The notes: generated from the letters alone by a model not told the origin. Counted from the stretch's first letter, positions 37,789 to 49,164 are shown. The stretch: DNA of 64,000 nt from Chloroflexota bacterium (GCA_028873865.1 JAPPNI010000015.1:211294-275293), one strand, 5' to 3'. A program made the numbers and translations.

Positions 37789-38205
37789 CTAGTCGAAGGC
37801 AATCGTCGCCGCGCCGCGCACCGAGCGGTCACCCTGCGGGTTGTCGATGTGAATCTCCAGGTCGACCATCCGCCGCCCATCTGCCTCGTAGGTGCGAGTC
37901 ACTTCGCCGCCGATCGTCATCTCGGCGTCGTGCACGTCGGGTCGACGATGATTGAGCTGCAGCCGGGTGATCTGATTGCGGCCGAAGTGTCGTCGCAGGT
38001 ACTGGTCAAGGAAGCCCTGCTTCATGTTGCCCGGGACGATCGGTCCGGGGAGCCCCATCTTCTCCTTCGCGAACTCCGGATCGAGAAACTGCGGACCGGC
38101 GTTGCCGGTCGCATTGCAGAAGCCGACAACCTGGTCCGTCGTCGGAGTGCGGTGTTCGGTCGGGAGTTCGGTGCCTTCCTGGAGTTCGTCGTACTGGTAC
38201 GCCAT
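37789..38205 (-). CDS. MaoC-like hotdog-fold dehydratase (paralog)
   Basis: 138 aa. EMTIGGEVTRTYEADGRRMVDLEIHIDN parallels the downstream paralog. Confidence 0.7.
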   Translation of the reverse strand: MAYQYDELQEGTELPTEHRTPTTDQVVGFCNATGNAGPQFLDPEFAKEKMGLPGPIVPGNMKQGFLDQYLRRHFGRNQITRLQLNHRRPDVHDAEMTIGGEVTRTYEADGRRMVDLEIHIDNPQGDRSVRGAATIAFD

Positions 38206-38212
38206 GGTTGCG

Positions 38213-38683
38213 CTACTCCCCGGTATGTCGAGTCTGGAAGTGGGTCACGGTGCGCCGGACTCGAGCGACCTCAACCTCGTCCTGGTTGGTGTAAACCCAC
38301 TCGTGGTGGATGAAGAGTGAATGCCCCACGCGCCCGCCGATCCGTTCCTGGATCTCGGCCAGCCGGGGCACGATGGTCAGTTGGTCGCCCAGATGGATGT
38401 CCGCTTTGACTTCCCAGGCGTCGGCCGCCATCAGCGCCCGCTCCGGTGTGTCGGGAACTTCAAGCTGCCGCTGCGAGGTGCTCGTCGTGAGCAGCGCGTA
38501 CGTCGGGATCGGATAGGCAGTGTCGCCAGCTTCGACCGCCGCGAGCAACTCCTCGTCGTCCTCATCCAGCGCGTGCATCAGCCGCAGCACCAGTTCTTTG
38601 TCGACCGTGACTTCGCGCGGTTCGCCCTCGGTTCCGATCGCGGCTTCCATCGCCGGAGTGATCAGACTCTCGTCATCGCTCAT
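38213..38683 (-). CDS. MaoC_dehydrat_N-like (HadA-like) hotdog protein
   Basis: 156 aa. Resembles the N-terminal-type hotdog partner of two-component (3R)-hydroxyacyl dehydratases. Confidence 0.55.
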   Translation of the reverse strand: MSDDESLITPAMEAAIGTEGEPREVTVDKELVLRLMHALDEDDEELLAAVEAGDTAYPIPTYALLTTSTSQRQLEVPDTPERALMAADAWEVKADIHLGDQLTIVPRLAEIQERIGGRVGHSLFIHHEWVYTNQDEVEVARVRRTVTHFQTRHTGE

Positions 38684-38777
38684 GGTTGACTCTCTTCCAG
38701 CGCCGACTGTTCAGCGAGGTGGGCGGGCAGGGGCTCGCTCAAGTATCGCCCGAGTGCGGCTCAGGCGCTACGGGAGC

Positions 38778-39239
38778 CTAGTCGTCGCCGCCGAGGAATC
38801 GGTCCAGGTCTTCGCAGTGCTCGACGTAGTGATGGGTGACCACGCCTTCGACCATCCGATTGATCATCTTGCCTTCGCCGAAACGTCCCGGATCGACCGC
38901 GCCCACAGCGGCTGTGAACTGTTCGTGTCCATCGTCGAAGGCCGCCCGAGCCTCCTCGTAGCTCTGGTCGCCTCGCTCGGCAACGAAGCCCGGATTCCAG
39001 TCCTGCGGATCGGAGTAGTCCACGCCCTCCGGGGTCGGGCGCTGACCCGCGTTCATCCGCTCGATGGCGGCGGTCATTTCGGTCAGCCAGCCATGCATAT
39101 GCTGAAGCATCTGCGCGACCGACCACTCGCCGATCGCACCCTCCCACGACCCATGAGCCTCGTCGATGCGGTTGAGCCGCTGGTCGAGCGACGCCTTGGC
39201 CTCCGCCATCTCATTCAACGTTGATGCCTGGTCAGTCAT
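38778..39239 (-). CDS. DinB/ClbS-like four-helix-bundle protein
   Basis: 153 aa helical protein with spaced His residues (MLQHMHGWLTEM ... VVTHHYVEHCEDL). Confidence 0.5.
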   Translation of the reverse strand: MTDQASTLNEMAEAKASLDQRLNRIDEAHGSWEGAIGEWSVAQMLQHMHGWLTEMTAAIERMNAGQRPTPEGVDYSDPQDWNPGFVAERGDQSYEEARAAFDDGHEQFTAAVGAVDPGRFGEGKMINRMVEGVVTHHYVEHCEDLDRFLGGDD

Positions 39240-39273
39240 CGTGACCCTCCGGTCCAGGATTGGTTCGTTGAGT

Positions 39274-40044
39274 TCAGTTTGGAAGGATCAGACCGCGGGG
39301 GGTGCGTCGCTCGCCCGGCTGGAGGCCGCGCTGCTGCAGGGTTTGCAGAATGAACGGGTTCTGCACCCGCTCCGAGCCCAGGGTCGTCTGATCCATGTGT
39401 CCGGGCAGCACGATCGTCTCGTCGGGCAGCATCAGCAGCTTGTCGACGATCGATGACATTTCCTGGTTGTAGTCGCCGCCGGGCAGGTCGGTCCGGCCGA
39501 TGCTGTTGCGGAACAACGTGTCGCCCGAGAAGAGCACGCCGTGCCCGTAGAAGCAGACCGAACCGCGGGTGTGGCCGGGCGTGTGAATCACTTGAAGTTC
39601 GACGCCGTCGACTTCGATCTTCTGCTCGTCCTCGATGTAATGATCAGGGTCGGGCGGCTGTTCGACATCCATCCCGAACCGAGCCGCCGACTCGGCCGCG
39701 CCCTGCAAGATGTCCAGGTCGGCTTCGTGCAGCAGGAAGGTCGCGTTGTCGTCGGACTGGACGCCGCGCACGCCCAGCACATGGTCGAGATGGGCGTGAG
39801 AGTTGGCGATCATCTTGATCTTGACGCCCATCTCCGACGCCATGTGAACGATGTCCTCGGCCTGTTCGCCCGGATCGATGCAGATCGCCTCGCCGGTGCG
39901 GCGGTTGCCGATCACCCAGCAGTTCTCCTGGAAGGCGCCGACGATCAGCCCGCGAACTTCGATCTCGTTGACGTACGGCTCGCCTGAATCGTCCTGATCG
40001 TGGTCGTGGCCGATGTCCTGATCCTGCTGCCCGTTCTCGACCAT
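39274..40044 (-). CDS. MBL-fold metallo-hydrolase (glyoxalase II-like)
   Basis: HAHLDH metal-binding motif and HTPGHTRGS. Confidence 0.8.
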   Translation of the reverse strand: MVENGQQDQDIGHDHDQDDSGEPYVNEIEVRGLIVGAFQENCWVIGNRRTGEAICIDPGEQAEDIVHMASEMGVKIKMIANSHAHLDHVLGVRGVQSDDNATFLLHEADLDILQGAAESAARFGMDVEQPPDPDHYIEDEQKIEVDGVELQVIHTPGHTRGSVCFYGHGVLFSGDTLFRNSIGRTDLPGGDYNQEMSSIVDKLLMLPDETIVLPGHMDQTTLGSERVQNPFILQTLQQRGLQPGERRTPRGLILPN

Positions 40045-40045
40045 G

Positions 40046-40942
40046 TCAGTTGGACTCGTCGCCGCGCAGCAGACGGTTCACGGCCTCCATGATGTCGTCG
40101 CTGTCCAGCGGCGCTTCGGCCGGGGCATCCTGCGGCGACTCCTCGTCCGACTGCGCCTCCAGGTTGCGAACGTAGTCGCGGATGTCGGGCTTGTCCTCCA
40201 GCGCGGTGTCAATCTGGGCCCGGTACCGCTCCTGCGCGCCGTCGAGATGACGCAGGTCCAGATCGAGAGTGAAGACCCGATCCAGTTCAGTGAGCAGCGC
40301 TTTTGTCGCACCGGGGTTGTGCCTCGAGGTCACGTAATGCGGAACCGACGCCCAGAAGCCCATGTGCGGCACCTCGGCGATCCGGCAGGCGTCGCCGACC
40401 GAGCCGACAATGCCGGTTGGTCCCTCGTAGCGCGAAGTCTGGAACCCGAACTGCTTCTGCCGCTCGGGATTTGAGGAGCCTCCCGAGACCCTGGTCGGCC
40501 GCGTGTGGGCGACATCGGCGAGCAGTGCGCCGAGGGTCACGACCTCCTCGACCCCGGCCATCTGGGCAACCTGCAGCACGGCGCGGCAATAGCGACGCCA
40601 GCGCAGGTCCGGCTCGGTGCCCAACCCCAGGATCAGGTCGTGCTCCGCTTCGGGTCGGCGTAACACGGTGAACTCCGTCGCCGGCCAGACGACCTCGCGG
40701 CGCGCATTGTCCCCGTCGACCCACTTCACGGTCGGTCGATGCTCGGTGAAGACGAAGAACTCGTCGGGGTCGAGCGAGGCAACGGGCGCGGCCGGCTCGA
40801 GATTGCGGAGGAACTTGACTGCGTCGGTGGCGGCTTCGGCAGCATCGTTCCAGCCAAAGAAGGCCAGGAGCAGAATCGGTCGGCGCAAATCGTCCGGCAG
40901 GCCGTCAATGGTCAGCGCGTCGTCGATGCGTTCGTCGCTCAT
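40046..40942 (-). CDS. PAC2 (proteasome assembly chaperone 2) family protein
   Basis: 298 aa. PILLLAFFGWNDAAEAAT N-terminal pattern typical of bacterial PAC2. Confidence 0.7.
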   Translation of the reverse strand: MSDERIDDALTIDGLPDDLRRPILLLAFFGWNDAAEAATDAVKFLRNLEPAAPVASLDPDEFFVFTEHRPTVKWVDGDNARREVVWPATEFTVLRRPEAEHDLILGLGTEPDLRWRRYCRAVLQVAQMAGVEEVVTLGALLADVAHTRPTRVSGGSSNPERQKQFGFQTSRYEGPTGIVGSVGDACRIAEVPHMGFWASVPHYVTSRHNPGATKALLTELDRVFTLDLDLRHLDGAQERYRAQIDTALEDKPDIRDYVRNLEAQSDEESPQDAPAEAPLDSDDIMEAVNRLLRGDESN

Positions 40943-40982
40943 GTCTTGAGGGTAGTCCTTCGAACAGCTGCGCCGCAGTCAA

Positions 40983-41942
40983 CTAGAGGTCGACGGCCCC
41001 GTACTTCTCGCGGAGCGCGGGGACAACCTCGTTGATGTATACGGTCAGCGCGTCGTCGCTCCAGGGAGCCCGGAGCGCCACGTTGACCCCGGCCGCGCCG
41101 GCGTCGCAGTACATGGAGACACGGTCGAAGGCGTCGTCGGGCGTGCCCTGCAACGCGCCCTCCGAGACTCGGTCGGCCTGTTCGCCCCATTGCTCTTCCA
41201 ACTTCTGGCGGGCGATCTCGGCCTCCGCCTGCGTGGGGCTGAGGTTGAACTGCAGGTTGACCGTGCGGTCGATGGTGGCCGGATCGCGCCCCTGTTCGCC
41301 GCAGCGGACATCGAGCACGCCCGACAACCGCGCGAACTCCTCCGGTCCGATGTACGGGACGTTCCAGCCGTCGGCGTACTGAGCGGCCATGCGCAGCGTC
41401 TTGCGCTCGCCCCGTCCGCCGATCCAGAGCGGCACGTGCTCCTGCACCGGACGCGGCTCGTTGGTCGCATTGATCGCGTTGTAGTGAACGCCCTCGAAGC
41501 TGGTCCGCTCCTGCGAGAGCATCCCTTTGATGATCTGGGTGCCTTCCTCGAGCATCTCGAAGCGTGTCCCCAGGCTCGGCCAGCCGTAGCCGAATCCCTC
41601 AAACTCCATCTGGTGCCAGCCGGCCCCGAGCCCCGGCTCGATCCGGCCGTTGGAAATGTGGTCCAGCGTCATCAGCGACTTGGCCAGGTAGGCGGGATTG
41701 CGATACGGCACGCAGAAGACGAGGCAGCCGATCCGTACCCGCTCGGTCTCCGCGGCGATCGTCGCCATGCAGGTCAGTGCTTCGAAGTGTGGGGACGTGC
41801 CATCAACCGGGGGCGCCTCGTAGAAATGGTCCCAGACCGAGATCCAGTCCATCCCCTGCTCGTCGATCCAACGCCAGAGTCGGCGCAGATCGCCCATCGT
41901 CACATTTTGCTGTCCCGTGTGAACGCCAAACGATACGGCCAT
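40983..41942 (-). CDS. LLM-class (luciferase-like) F420-dependent-type oxidoreductase
   Basis: TIM-barrel LLM motifs (SVWDHF, GRIEPGLGAGW). Start at internal ATG 41942. Confidence 0.8.
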   Translation of the reverse strand: MAVSFGVHTGQQNVTMGDLRRLWRWIDEQGMDWISVWDHFYEAPPVDGTSPHFEALTCMATIAAETERVRIGCLVFCVPYRNPAYLAKSLMTLDHISNGRIEPGLGAGWHQMEFEGFGYGWPSLGTRFEMLEEGTQIIKGMLSQERTSFEGVHYNAINATNEPRPVQEHVPLWIGGRGERKTLRMAAQYADGWNVPYIGPEEFARLSGVLDVRCGEQGRDPATIDRTVNLQFNLSPTQAEAEIARQKLEEQWGEQADRVSEGALQGTPDDAFDRVSMYCDAGAAGVNVALRAPWSDDALTVYINEVVPALREKYGAVDL

Positions 41943-42006
41943 CGGAAATCGCTCCCTCAAGGGCGCCCGAGCGGTCGGGCGCACAGTGGGTCGAGGATAG
42001 CGGCCG

Positions 42007-42534
42007 TCAGTCAGGCAACTCGACCGGGATCACCTCGCGCCAACCGGGGATGTCCATTCCGTAGTAACGAGCCAACAGCAGGATCGCGATCTTCTGCTTC
42101 GCCGGCCCGACGCCGGGCACCCCGCCGAGGCGCTTCATGATTGTCTTCGCGTCGGGCTGGTTATCCCAGATGTTTTCGGCGTTGTTGTCGAACTCGTCCC
42201 GCACCGTCGCGCAGGCCGCCTGGACGCGTTTGCCCATCGACGCCGGGAAGCGGTGAATCGCCGGCTTCTCGCGGAAGATGGTCAGGAACTCATCCTCATC
42301 CATTTCGGCAATCCGCGCCGGATCGAGATGCCCCAGCCGCTGCTTCAGATCGCGAGGCCCGCTGAACGCCTTGTTCGTCGTGATCTGCTGGTCGAGCACG
42401 ATCGCGATCAACAGCGCGTTGGGGTCATGAGCCAGCAGCGCGTTTGCGTCCTCGTCATTGGTGAACTTGATCACCGGAGTCCCGGCGTCGGTGAACTCCG
42501 GCGCGAGATCGATGTACATCTCAGGGTTGCCCAT
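42007..42534 (-). CDS. HhH-GPD-like base-excision-repair family protein
   Basis: 175 aa. GVPGVGPAKQKIAILLL helix-hairpin-helix. Start at internal ATG. The upstream ORF portion is Cys/Arg-rich noise. Confidence 0.55.
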   Translation of the reverse strand: MGNPEMYIDLAPEFTDAGTPVIKFTNDEDANALLAHDPNALLIAIVLDQQITTNKAFSGPRDLKQRLGHLDPARIAEMDEDEFLTIFREKPAIHRFPASMGKRVQAACATVRDEFDNNAENIWDNQPDAKTIMKRLGGVPGVGPAKQKIAILLLARYYGMDIPGWREVIPVELPD

Positions 42535-42565
42535 GTTGTCTCTCCTTCGGTCGAAGTCTCTTGGG

Positions 42566-43963
42566 TCAGGGGAACAAGCCAAGCTCGATGTAACTCTGCG
42601 CGACCAGCTCGAGCGAGTACAGGTATGCCGCCGTGCGCAGATCGGGCAGCTCTCGCTCACGGCGCAGACTGGAGATGCGGTCGTAGGACTCGGTCATGGT
42701 CTGCGCCAGGGCATCGTAGACAATATCCCGCTCGGACGGTCCCTGCTCGAGCTTCGAGCGCATTGAAGCCTCAATCCGCGTGCCGGTCTGCTGCTCGATC
42801 GTGTCGAGCAGCCTGCGGTTGTGCATCTCCGAGTTGCGACGCAGCATGCGATCGAACGAAACGTGAGAGAGGTTCTTGATCCACTCGAAATACGACACCG
42901 TCACGCCGCCGGCGTTGAGATACAGGTCGGGAATGACCGTCACACCTCTATGACGCAGGACGCGGTCGGCGTCGGGCGTGGTCGGACCGTTGGCCGCCTC
43001 GGCGACGATCTTCGCCTGGATCCGTTCAGCGTTGTCGATCGTGATCTGGTGCTCCAGCGCGGCCGGGACGAGAATGTCGCAGGGCTGCTCAATCGTTTCC
43101 AGGGACGAAGCGAAGACCTGACCCGCCGGATAGCCGGCGACGCCGCCATGTTCCCAGCGATGCCTGGCCACGTCTTCGAGATCGAGTCCGTTGGGGTCAT
43201 AGAGGCCGGCGTCGATCTCGGCAATCCCCACGATCCGCGCGCCCTGCTCGGAGAGTTCACGACCGGCGTGGTAGCCAACGTTGCCCAGCCCCTGCAGGAT
43301 TACGCGCTTCCCCTCAAGGCCGGGCGACAACGAGTGGCCCGCTTCAGGGTCGGCGAGACATTGATTGATCCCGTAGACGGCCCCGAGCCCGGTCGCCTCG
43401 CGTCGCCCCGGAATGCCGTGCAGCGACAGCGGTTTGCCGGTCACGCAGCTCCAGTGGTTGATGTCTTCGGGATTGAGCGTGCGATAGGTGTCGGCGATCC
43501 AGGCCATCTCGCGTTCGCCGGTGCCGTAGTCCGGAGCCGGCACGTCGACCGCCGCGCCAATGAAGTTGTGTGAGTGCAGTTCAATCACCAGACGCCGGGT
43601 CACGCGTTCGACGAACTCGGGCGAGGAAGTGAATGGGTCAATGCAGACGCCGCCCTTGGCGCCGCCGAACGGTACATCGACGATCGCGCACTTGAACGTC
43701 ATCAGGGCGGCGAGGCCCTTGACCTCGTCCGCGTCGACCATCGTCGAGTAACGGATCCCGCCCTTGGTCGGCAACCGGTGATGACTGTGCTGGGCCCGGT
43801 AGGCCTCGATGACCTGGATGTCGCCGTCGTCGTCCTCGACCGGGAATGACATCTGGTAGACGTTGTTGCAGGTCTTGACCTGTTCGAGTAGCCGGGGATC
43901 GAGTTCCGAGTATTGCGCCGCCGCTTCGAAGTACTCCGTGAAGTCGTCGTACAGCGTGGCCAT
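42566..43963 (-). CDS. Glu/Leu/Phe/Val dehydrogenase (glutamate dehydrogenase)
   Basis: KGGIRY...FGGAKGG catalytic motif. NAD(P)-binding GLGNVG. Confidence 0.9.
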   Translation of the reverse strand: MATLYDDFTEYFEAAAQYSELDPRLLEQVKTCNNVYQMSFPVEDDDGDIQVIEAYRAQHSHHRLPTKGGIRYSTMVDADEVKGLAALMTFKCAIVDVPFGGAKGGVCIDPFTSSPEFVERVTRRLVIELHSHNFIGAAVDVPAPDYGTGEREMAWIADTYRTLNPEDINHWSCVTGKPLSLHGIPGRREATGLGAVYGINQCLADPEAGHSLSPGLEGKRVILQGLGNVGYHAGRELSEQGARIVGIAEIDAGLYDPNGLDLEDVARHRWEHGGVAGYPAGQVFASSLETIEQPCDILVPAALEHQITIDNAERIQAKIVAEAANGPTTPDADRVLRHRGVTVIPDLYLNAGGVTVSYFEWIKNLSHVSFDRMLRRNSEMHNRRLLDTIEQQTGTRIEASMRSKLEQGPSERDIVYDALAQTMTESYDRISSLRRERELPDLRTAAYLYSLELVAQSYIELGLFP

Positions 43964-44002
43964 GCGAGCGCTCCTGCGAGTCGACGAACGCGCGGCCGAA
44001 TC

Positions 44003-45172
<1,170 letters not shown>

Positions 45173-45245
45173 CGTGCGTCCTCACTCGTCCTGACTGGTG
45201 TTCGGGCTCTCAATGGCAGTCTATCCGCGAGCTGCAAATCCGACG

Positions 45246-45953
45246 CTATCGCCGTGAGAACTGGTACAGCACGTCAGCCGACGACGGCGTGCCCTCGGAT
45301 CGACCCGCTGGATCGTCGCGCGACACGGCGAATCCGATCAGCGCATCGTCGGACTCCAGCACGTTCGGATTGACCGACACCGCTGCGCGTCCCTCGTCAT
45401 CGCGGGCGAAGAACGGACCCGGCTCAACCGCTCCCGATTCGCGGACCAGCCAGAGTTGCCAGGTTTCGCCGGCTTCGAGCTCGGGCAGCCCCCAGAAGAT
45501 CAGAGCGAACAGCCGCTCCTCGTATCTCGGCAGCAGCACGCCGGTCACGCCGTCCTCGGTCAGGGCGACGGCGCGTCCCGAAATCGGATCGTCGGCGCGA
45601 AACGCGAGGTAACCGAAGATCGCGGCGATCACGATCAGTCCGGCGAGCAACATCGGAATCGCACCGCGCCGTGCGGCCCGCAATCTGCGGTGCGAGTGCA
45701 CTGCCGGCGGACGCTCAATCCGGGCGCGTTGGATCAGACGCTGTTCCAGACGCGCCTCGACGTTCATGTGGTCGATCACGAGGCTGGCGCACGTGATCGC
45801 GGCGACGGCGGCCGGCCAGGCTGCGCAACGGGCCCGCAGATCGGGGTCGGAGCGGATCGACCGCTCCACCGTTTCGCGTTCCTCACCCTCCAACAGTCCC
45901 AGGTAATAGGCGGCGAGCGGTAGTTCGGCCGTCCGGTCTTCAGGCTCTGCCAT
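45246..45953 (-). CDS. anti-sigma factor (membrane-spanning, RskA-like)
   Basis: N-terminal cytoplasmic segment, one TM (IPMLLAGLIVIAAIFGYLAF), C-terminal extracytoplasmic domain. Immediately downstream of the ECF sigma gene. Confidence 0.6.
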   Translation of the reverse strand: MAEPEDRTAELPLAAYYLGLLEGEERETVERSIRSDPDLRARCAAWPAAVAAITCASLVIDHMNVEARLEQRLIQRARIERPPAVHSHRRLRAARRGAIPMLLAGLIVIAAIFGYLAFRADDPISGRAVALTEDGVTGVLLPRYEERLFALIFWGLPELEAGETWQLWLVRESGAVEPGPFFARDDEGRAAVSVNPNVLESDDALIGFAVSRDDPAGRSEGTPSSADVLYQFSRR

Positions 45954-45954
45954 G

Positions 45955-46461
45955 TCAGGGAGCCCGTTTGCTCAATCGCCCGCTGCGGATGTCCTCCACG
46001 ATCGTCTCCAGCGCGGCATTCAATGGTTCATCCTCGCCCCGCAGATCGTCGAACCAGGCGTCCTCCAGGCGTCGCCCCTGCGCCCCGGGCAGACGCAGGG
46101 TGGCGCGTTGCAGTTCGTCGTGTTCCAGGTCGTGCACGACGTCTGGCAGCGCCGCATCCGGCGTGATCGGAAACGGCTGCAGGTCACGCGCCGCCACTTC
46201 AGGAGTCACGCCCCGCCGGCGAACGGCCAGGGACAGATCGCGGACGATGCGCAGGATGTGGACATCGAGGGCGGGCGAAGCCCAGTGCTCGGGCTCGGAC
46301 CAGATCAACAGGAACGCCTCCTCGACGATCTCGTCGGCTTGAACCGGACCCACGATTCGTCGAGCCAGCTCCCGGGCCGTGGCCCCATAGCCGCGGAATG
46401 CGTCGCGGAGGGCGATCTCATCCCCCTCGACGATGCGTTGGAAGAGGTCTCGCGATGGCAC
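45955..46461 (-). CDS. ECF-type RNA polymerase sigma factor
   Basis: 168 aa with sigma-70 region 2/4-like segments. Overlaps the anti-sigma start. Confidence 0.65.
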   Translation of the reverse strand: MPSRDLFQRIVEGDEIALRDAFRGYGATARELARRIVGPVQADEIVEEAFLLIWSEPEHWASPALDVHILRIVRDLSLAVRRRGVTPEVAARDLQPFPITPDAALPDVVHDLEHDELQRATLRLPGAQGRRLEDAWFDDLRGEDEPLNAALETIVEDIRSGRLSKRAP

Positions 46462-46472
46462 AGGATCGGCAA

Positions 46473-46889
46473 TCAGACTCGTGCGGGAATGTCCACCCGC
46501 CCATAGTCATCGGCCAGGCGCACGATGTCCTCTACATCGTCGGGAAGTCGCGAAGCGATCTCAAGGATGTCGGCGCCCGACGATCCGGCGCTGAGCCGAT
46601 GAATCACTCCAGCCTCGACTTCTTGGCAGGCGCCCTCTCGAAGGGGATTCTCACGCAGCGTCTCGACGCTGGTTCCCGCGATCAGGATGGCGTCGCCGCT
46701 GAGCAGCATCAGGGTTTCGTGTTTGCGCCGGTGATATTGCAACGAGAGTCGTTGCCAGGGGCGAATGCGGAGCGCCTTGACCACGGTCTCGGCCGTGCGG
46801 TTGAGGATCAGCTCCTCGCCCCATGGTTTCGGGACGCGCTCCAACGGTGGGCCGGCGAGCGCCGCCGAGGCTCCGGATTGACTGGCCAC
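46473..46889 (-). CDS. cupin-domain protein
   Basis: 138 aa. Beta-rich. PWGEE...HRRKHET pattern. Confidence 0.6.
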   Translation of the reverse strand: MASQSGASAALAGPPLERVPKPWGEELILNRTAETVVKALRIRPWQRLSLQYHRRKHETLMLLSGDAILIAGTSVETLRENPLREGACQEVEAGVIHRLSAGSSGADILEIASRLPDDVEDIVRLADDYGRVDIPARV

Positions 46890-47035
46890 GAAGTCTCCTC
46901 AGTGCTGCCTGGACCGCTTCGCTAACTACAGTGAGGGTACGAGGGCGAGCGGTGACGACCAACCACCGCTTGACAGACTCCGCAGGCTCTGCCGACAACC
47001 GGCATGGGAGAACCCGTTTGAGCGCTCGCTGGTTC

Positions 47036-48256
47036 ATGTCGGTGTTGGTGCTGGCCGTGGCCTCCGCTGCGATTGGAGCAGCCGTCGCCCTGCTGCTTGA
47101 GCCCTCGCAGGAATCTCCTCAGACTGTCTCGCAGGTCGCGGTCGTCGCGACCACGACCTCCGAATCCGTTTCTGTCCCGGACGCTGCCCCCGAACAATCT
47201 CAGCCTGACCAGGCGAGCGACACGGTGGACCAACCCGCCGCTCAGGCCCGCGCTCAGTCGGTCGAGGAGAATCCGTCCCCGGTCGAGCAGGAAGACCCTT
47301 CACCGGAACCTCAGCCGACGGAACCGTCCCAACAAGCGGTCGAGCAGGCCGGCCAACAGCAATCATCAGAGCAATCCGAGGCCGAAGCGCTGGACCAGGC
47401 CGAAGCTGAACCCCAATTGCTGGTGTCGATCGCACCTGATCTGCTCACCCAGGGCGAGGCGCTCTCAATCACGGTCGAAAGTGAAGAAGCTTCAGGCGTC
47501 GCCGCGACCATCGGCGCGCGCAGCTGGAATCTGATCGAGACCGAGCCGGGCCTCTGGTGGGGAGTCATCGCGATTCCGCGAGACGCCGACACCGGTTCGA
47601 CCGACGTCGTCATCGATCTCTACGGACCCGCCGGCTCATGGCTTCGATCGATCTCATCACAGATCATCGTTCTGGCCAGCGCTGCCCCGTTTGAGGAGGT
47701 CATCCTCGGCGGAACCGGAATCACCGCCGACCCGGCCGAGATCCAGCGCGATCACGACGTCCGTTTCGTCGACAACGTCTCGGTGTCCGGCCCCGCTCGC
47801 TGGCAGGGACCGTGGCTCGTGCCTGCCCAGGGCGAAGTCACCGGCGTCTTTGGCTCGAAACGCTCGTACGACGGCGTCCCGTCCGATGGCTGGCACCACG
47901 GCCACGACATCGCTGCCGATCACGGCGATCCCATCGTCGCGCCGGCCCCCGGAACGGTCGCCTGGACCGGAGAATTGGTGATCCACGGCATCGGCGTGCT
48001 CGTCGACCACGGCGCCGGTGTCTACAGCGGCTACTGGCACATGTCATTGGTCGCCGTCCGCGAGGGCATGGAAGTAGCCTCCGGCGACTGGCTCGGCAAC
48101 ATCGGCACCACCGGACTCTCAACCGGTCCGCACCTGCACTGGGAAGTCATCATCCAGGGCATCGATGTCGACCCCGTCCAGTGGCTGGGCGAAAATCAGC
48201 CATCGCTCCCCCCGGTTGCTCTGGAGTCCGAGCAGTCCGCAGATACACTCAATTGA
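47036..48256 (+). CDS. secreted M23-family peptidase with Pro/Glu/Gln-rich linker
   Basis: Signal/TM (MSVLVLAVASAAIGAAVALLL). C-terminal M23 motifs (HHGHDIAADHG, GPHLHWEV). Confidence 0.8.
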   Translation: MSVLVLAVASAAIGAAVALLLEPSQESPQTVSQVAVVATTTSESVSVPDAAPEQSQPDQASDTVDQPAAQARAQSVEENPSPVEQEDPSPEPQPTEPSQQAVEQAGQQQSSEQSEAEALDQAEAEPQLLVSIAPDLLTQGEALSITVESEEASGVAATIGARSWNLIETEPGLWWGVIAIPRDADTGSTDVVIDLYGPAGSWLRSISSQIIVLASAAPFEEVILGGTGITADPAEIQRDHDVRFVDNVSVSGPARWQGPWLVPAQGEVTGVFGSKRSYDGVPSDGWHHGHDIAADHGDPIVAPAPGTVAWTGELVIHGIGVLVDHGAGVYSGYWHMSLVAVREGMEVASGDWLGNIGTTGLSTGPHLHWEVIIQGIDVDPVQWLGENQPSLPPVALESEQSADTLN

Positions 48257-49164
48257 TGCCGCAAGCGCCTGCAATCACCGATCGATCACAGGACATCGCC
48301 TTCGCCCTCGGAGCACAATTCCCCGACCTCGCCGCCGCTGGTCTCCAACTCTTCGAAGAGCCGGACGCCGACCTGCTGCGGGTCGAGTGGGACGACTGGA
48401 CGGCGCTGTTTCCCCAGTCCGAAGCCGCCCTGACTCAGCTCAACACCATGTCCTCGGTCATGCCGCACCTGCGCGGCTTCCTCAGTCCCGCGGTGCCGAT
48501 CTGGGAGCGCTCGAACGACACCGCCGACTGGAAGCGCGACTGGAGAGCCGCGCGCCAGACCGAAGGCCGCCCGCTCAGACCGGATCTGATCGTCGAGCAG
48601 AACCGCGAGCGGCTGGTCCGGGACCTCGCCAGCTTCTTCCACGAACTGCACGAGTTCTCCGTCGAGCGCGTCCGCGGCCTGGGCGCGCCCTCCTTCCGCG
48701 AGTGGCGCGACGACCACGAGGCGCTCTCCCGCCGATCACTCGCCATCCTTCGCCCGCTGCTCAGTTGGTCGCAGATCACCTGGGCTCGGCGCTGGTGGAG
48801 CCGATTCCTCGAAGACGATGCGATCTGGACGATCGAACCGACCCTCGTCCACGGCGGCATCGCGGTCGAGCGCCTGCTGGTCGACCCACTGGTCCAACAG
48901 CTCAACGCGGTCACCGGTTGGCACGGGCTGCGAGTCGCCGATCCCGCCATCGACTTCGCCCGTCTCGTCGACGCCTACGGCACCGAACTCGGCTGGCGCA
49001 TCGTCGAACACTACGGCGAACTCGGCTCCACCGCCGACGCCGCCCTCTTCCGCCGGATTCGCTTGCAGCAGACCGTCAGCCGTTTCCGCGAGGTTGTCCA
49101 AGCCGTCGACCGCGACGGCGTCGAAAGCGAGGCGCTGTCCGAAGCGATCAGGCGCCTGCGCTAG
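48256..49164 (+). CDS. phosphotransferase (APH-like) family protein
   Basis: ATG overlaps the M23 stop (TGATG). C-terminal HGG...D..N-like (LVHGGIAVERLLVD) kinase-fold motif. Confidence 0.55.
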   Translation: MPQAPAITDRSQDIAFALGAQFPDLAAAGLQLFEEPDADLLRVEWDDWTALFPQSEAALTQLNTMSSVMPHLRGFLSPAVPIWERSNDTADWKRDWRAARQTEGRPLRPDLIVEQNRERLVRDLASFFHELHEFSVERVRGLGAPSFREWRDDHEALSRRSLAILRPLLSWSQITWARRWWSRFLEDDAIWTIEPTLVHGGIAVERLLVDPLVQQLNAVTGWHGLRVADPAIDFARLVDAYGTELGWRIVEHYGELGSTADAALFRRIRLQQTVSRFREVVQAVDRDGVESEALSEAIRRLR

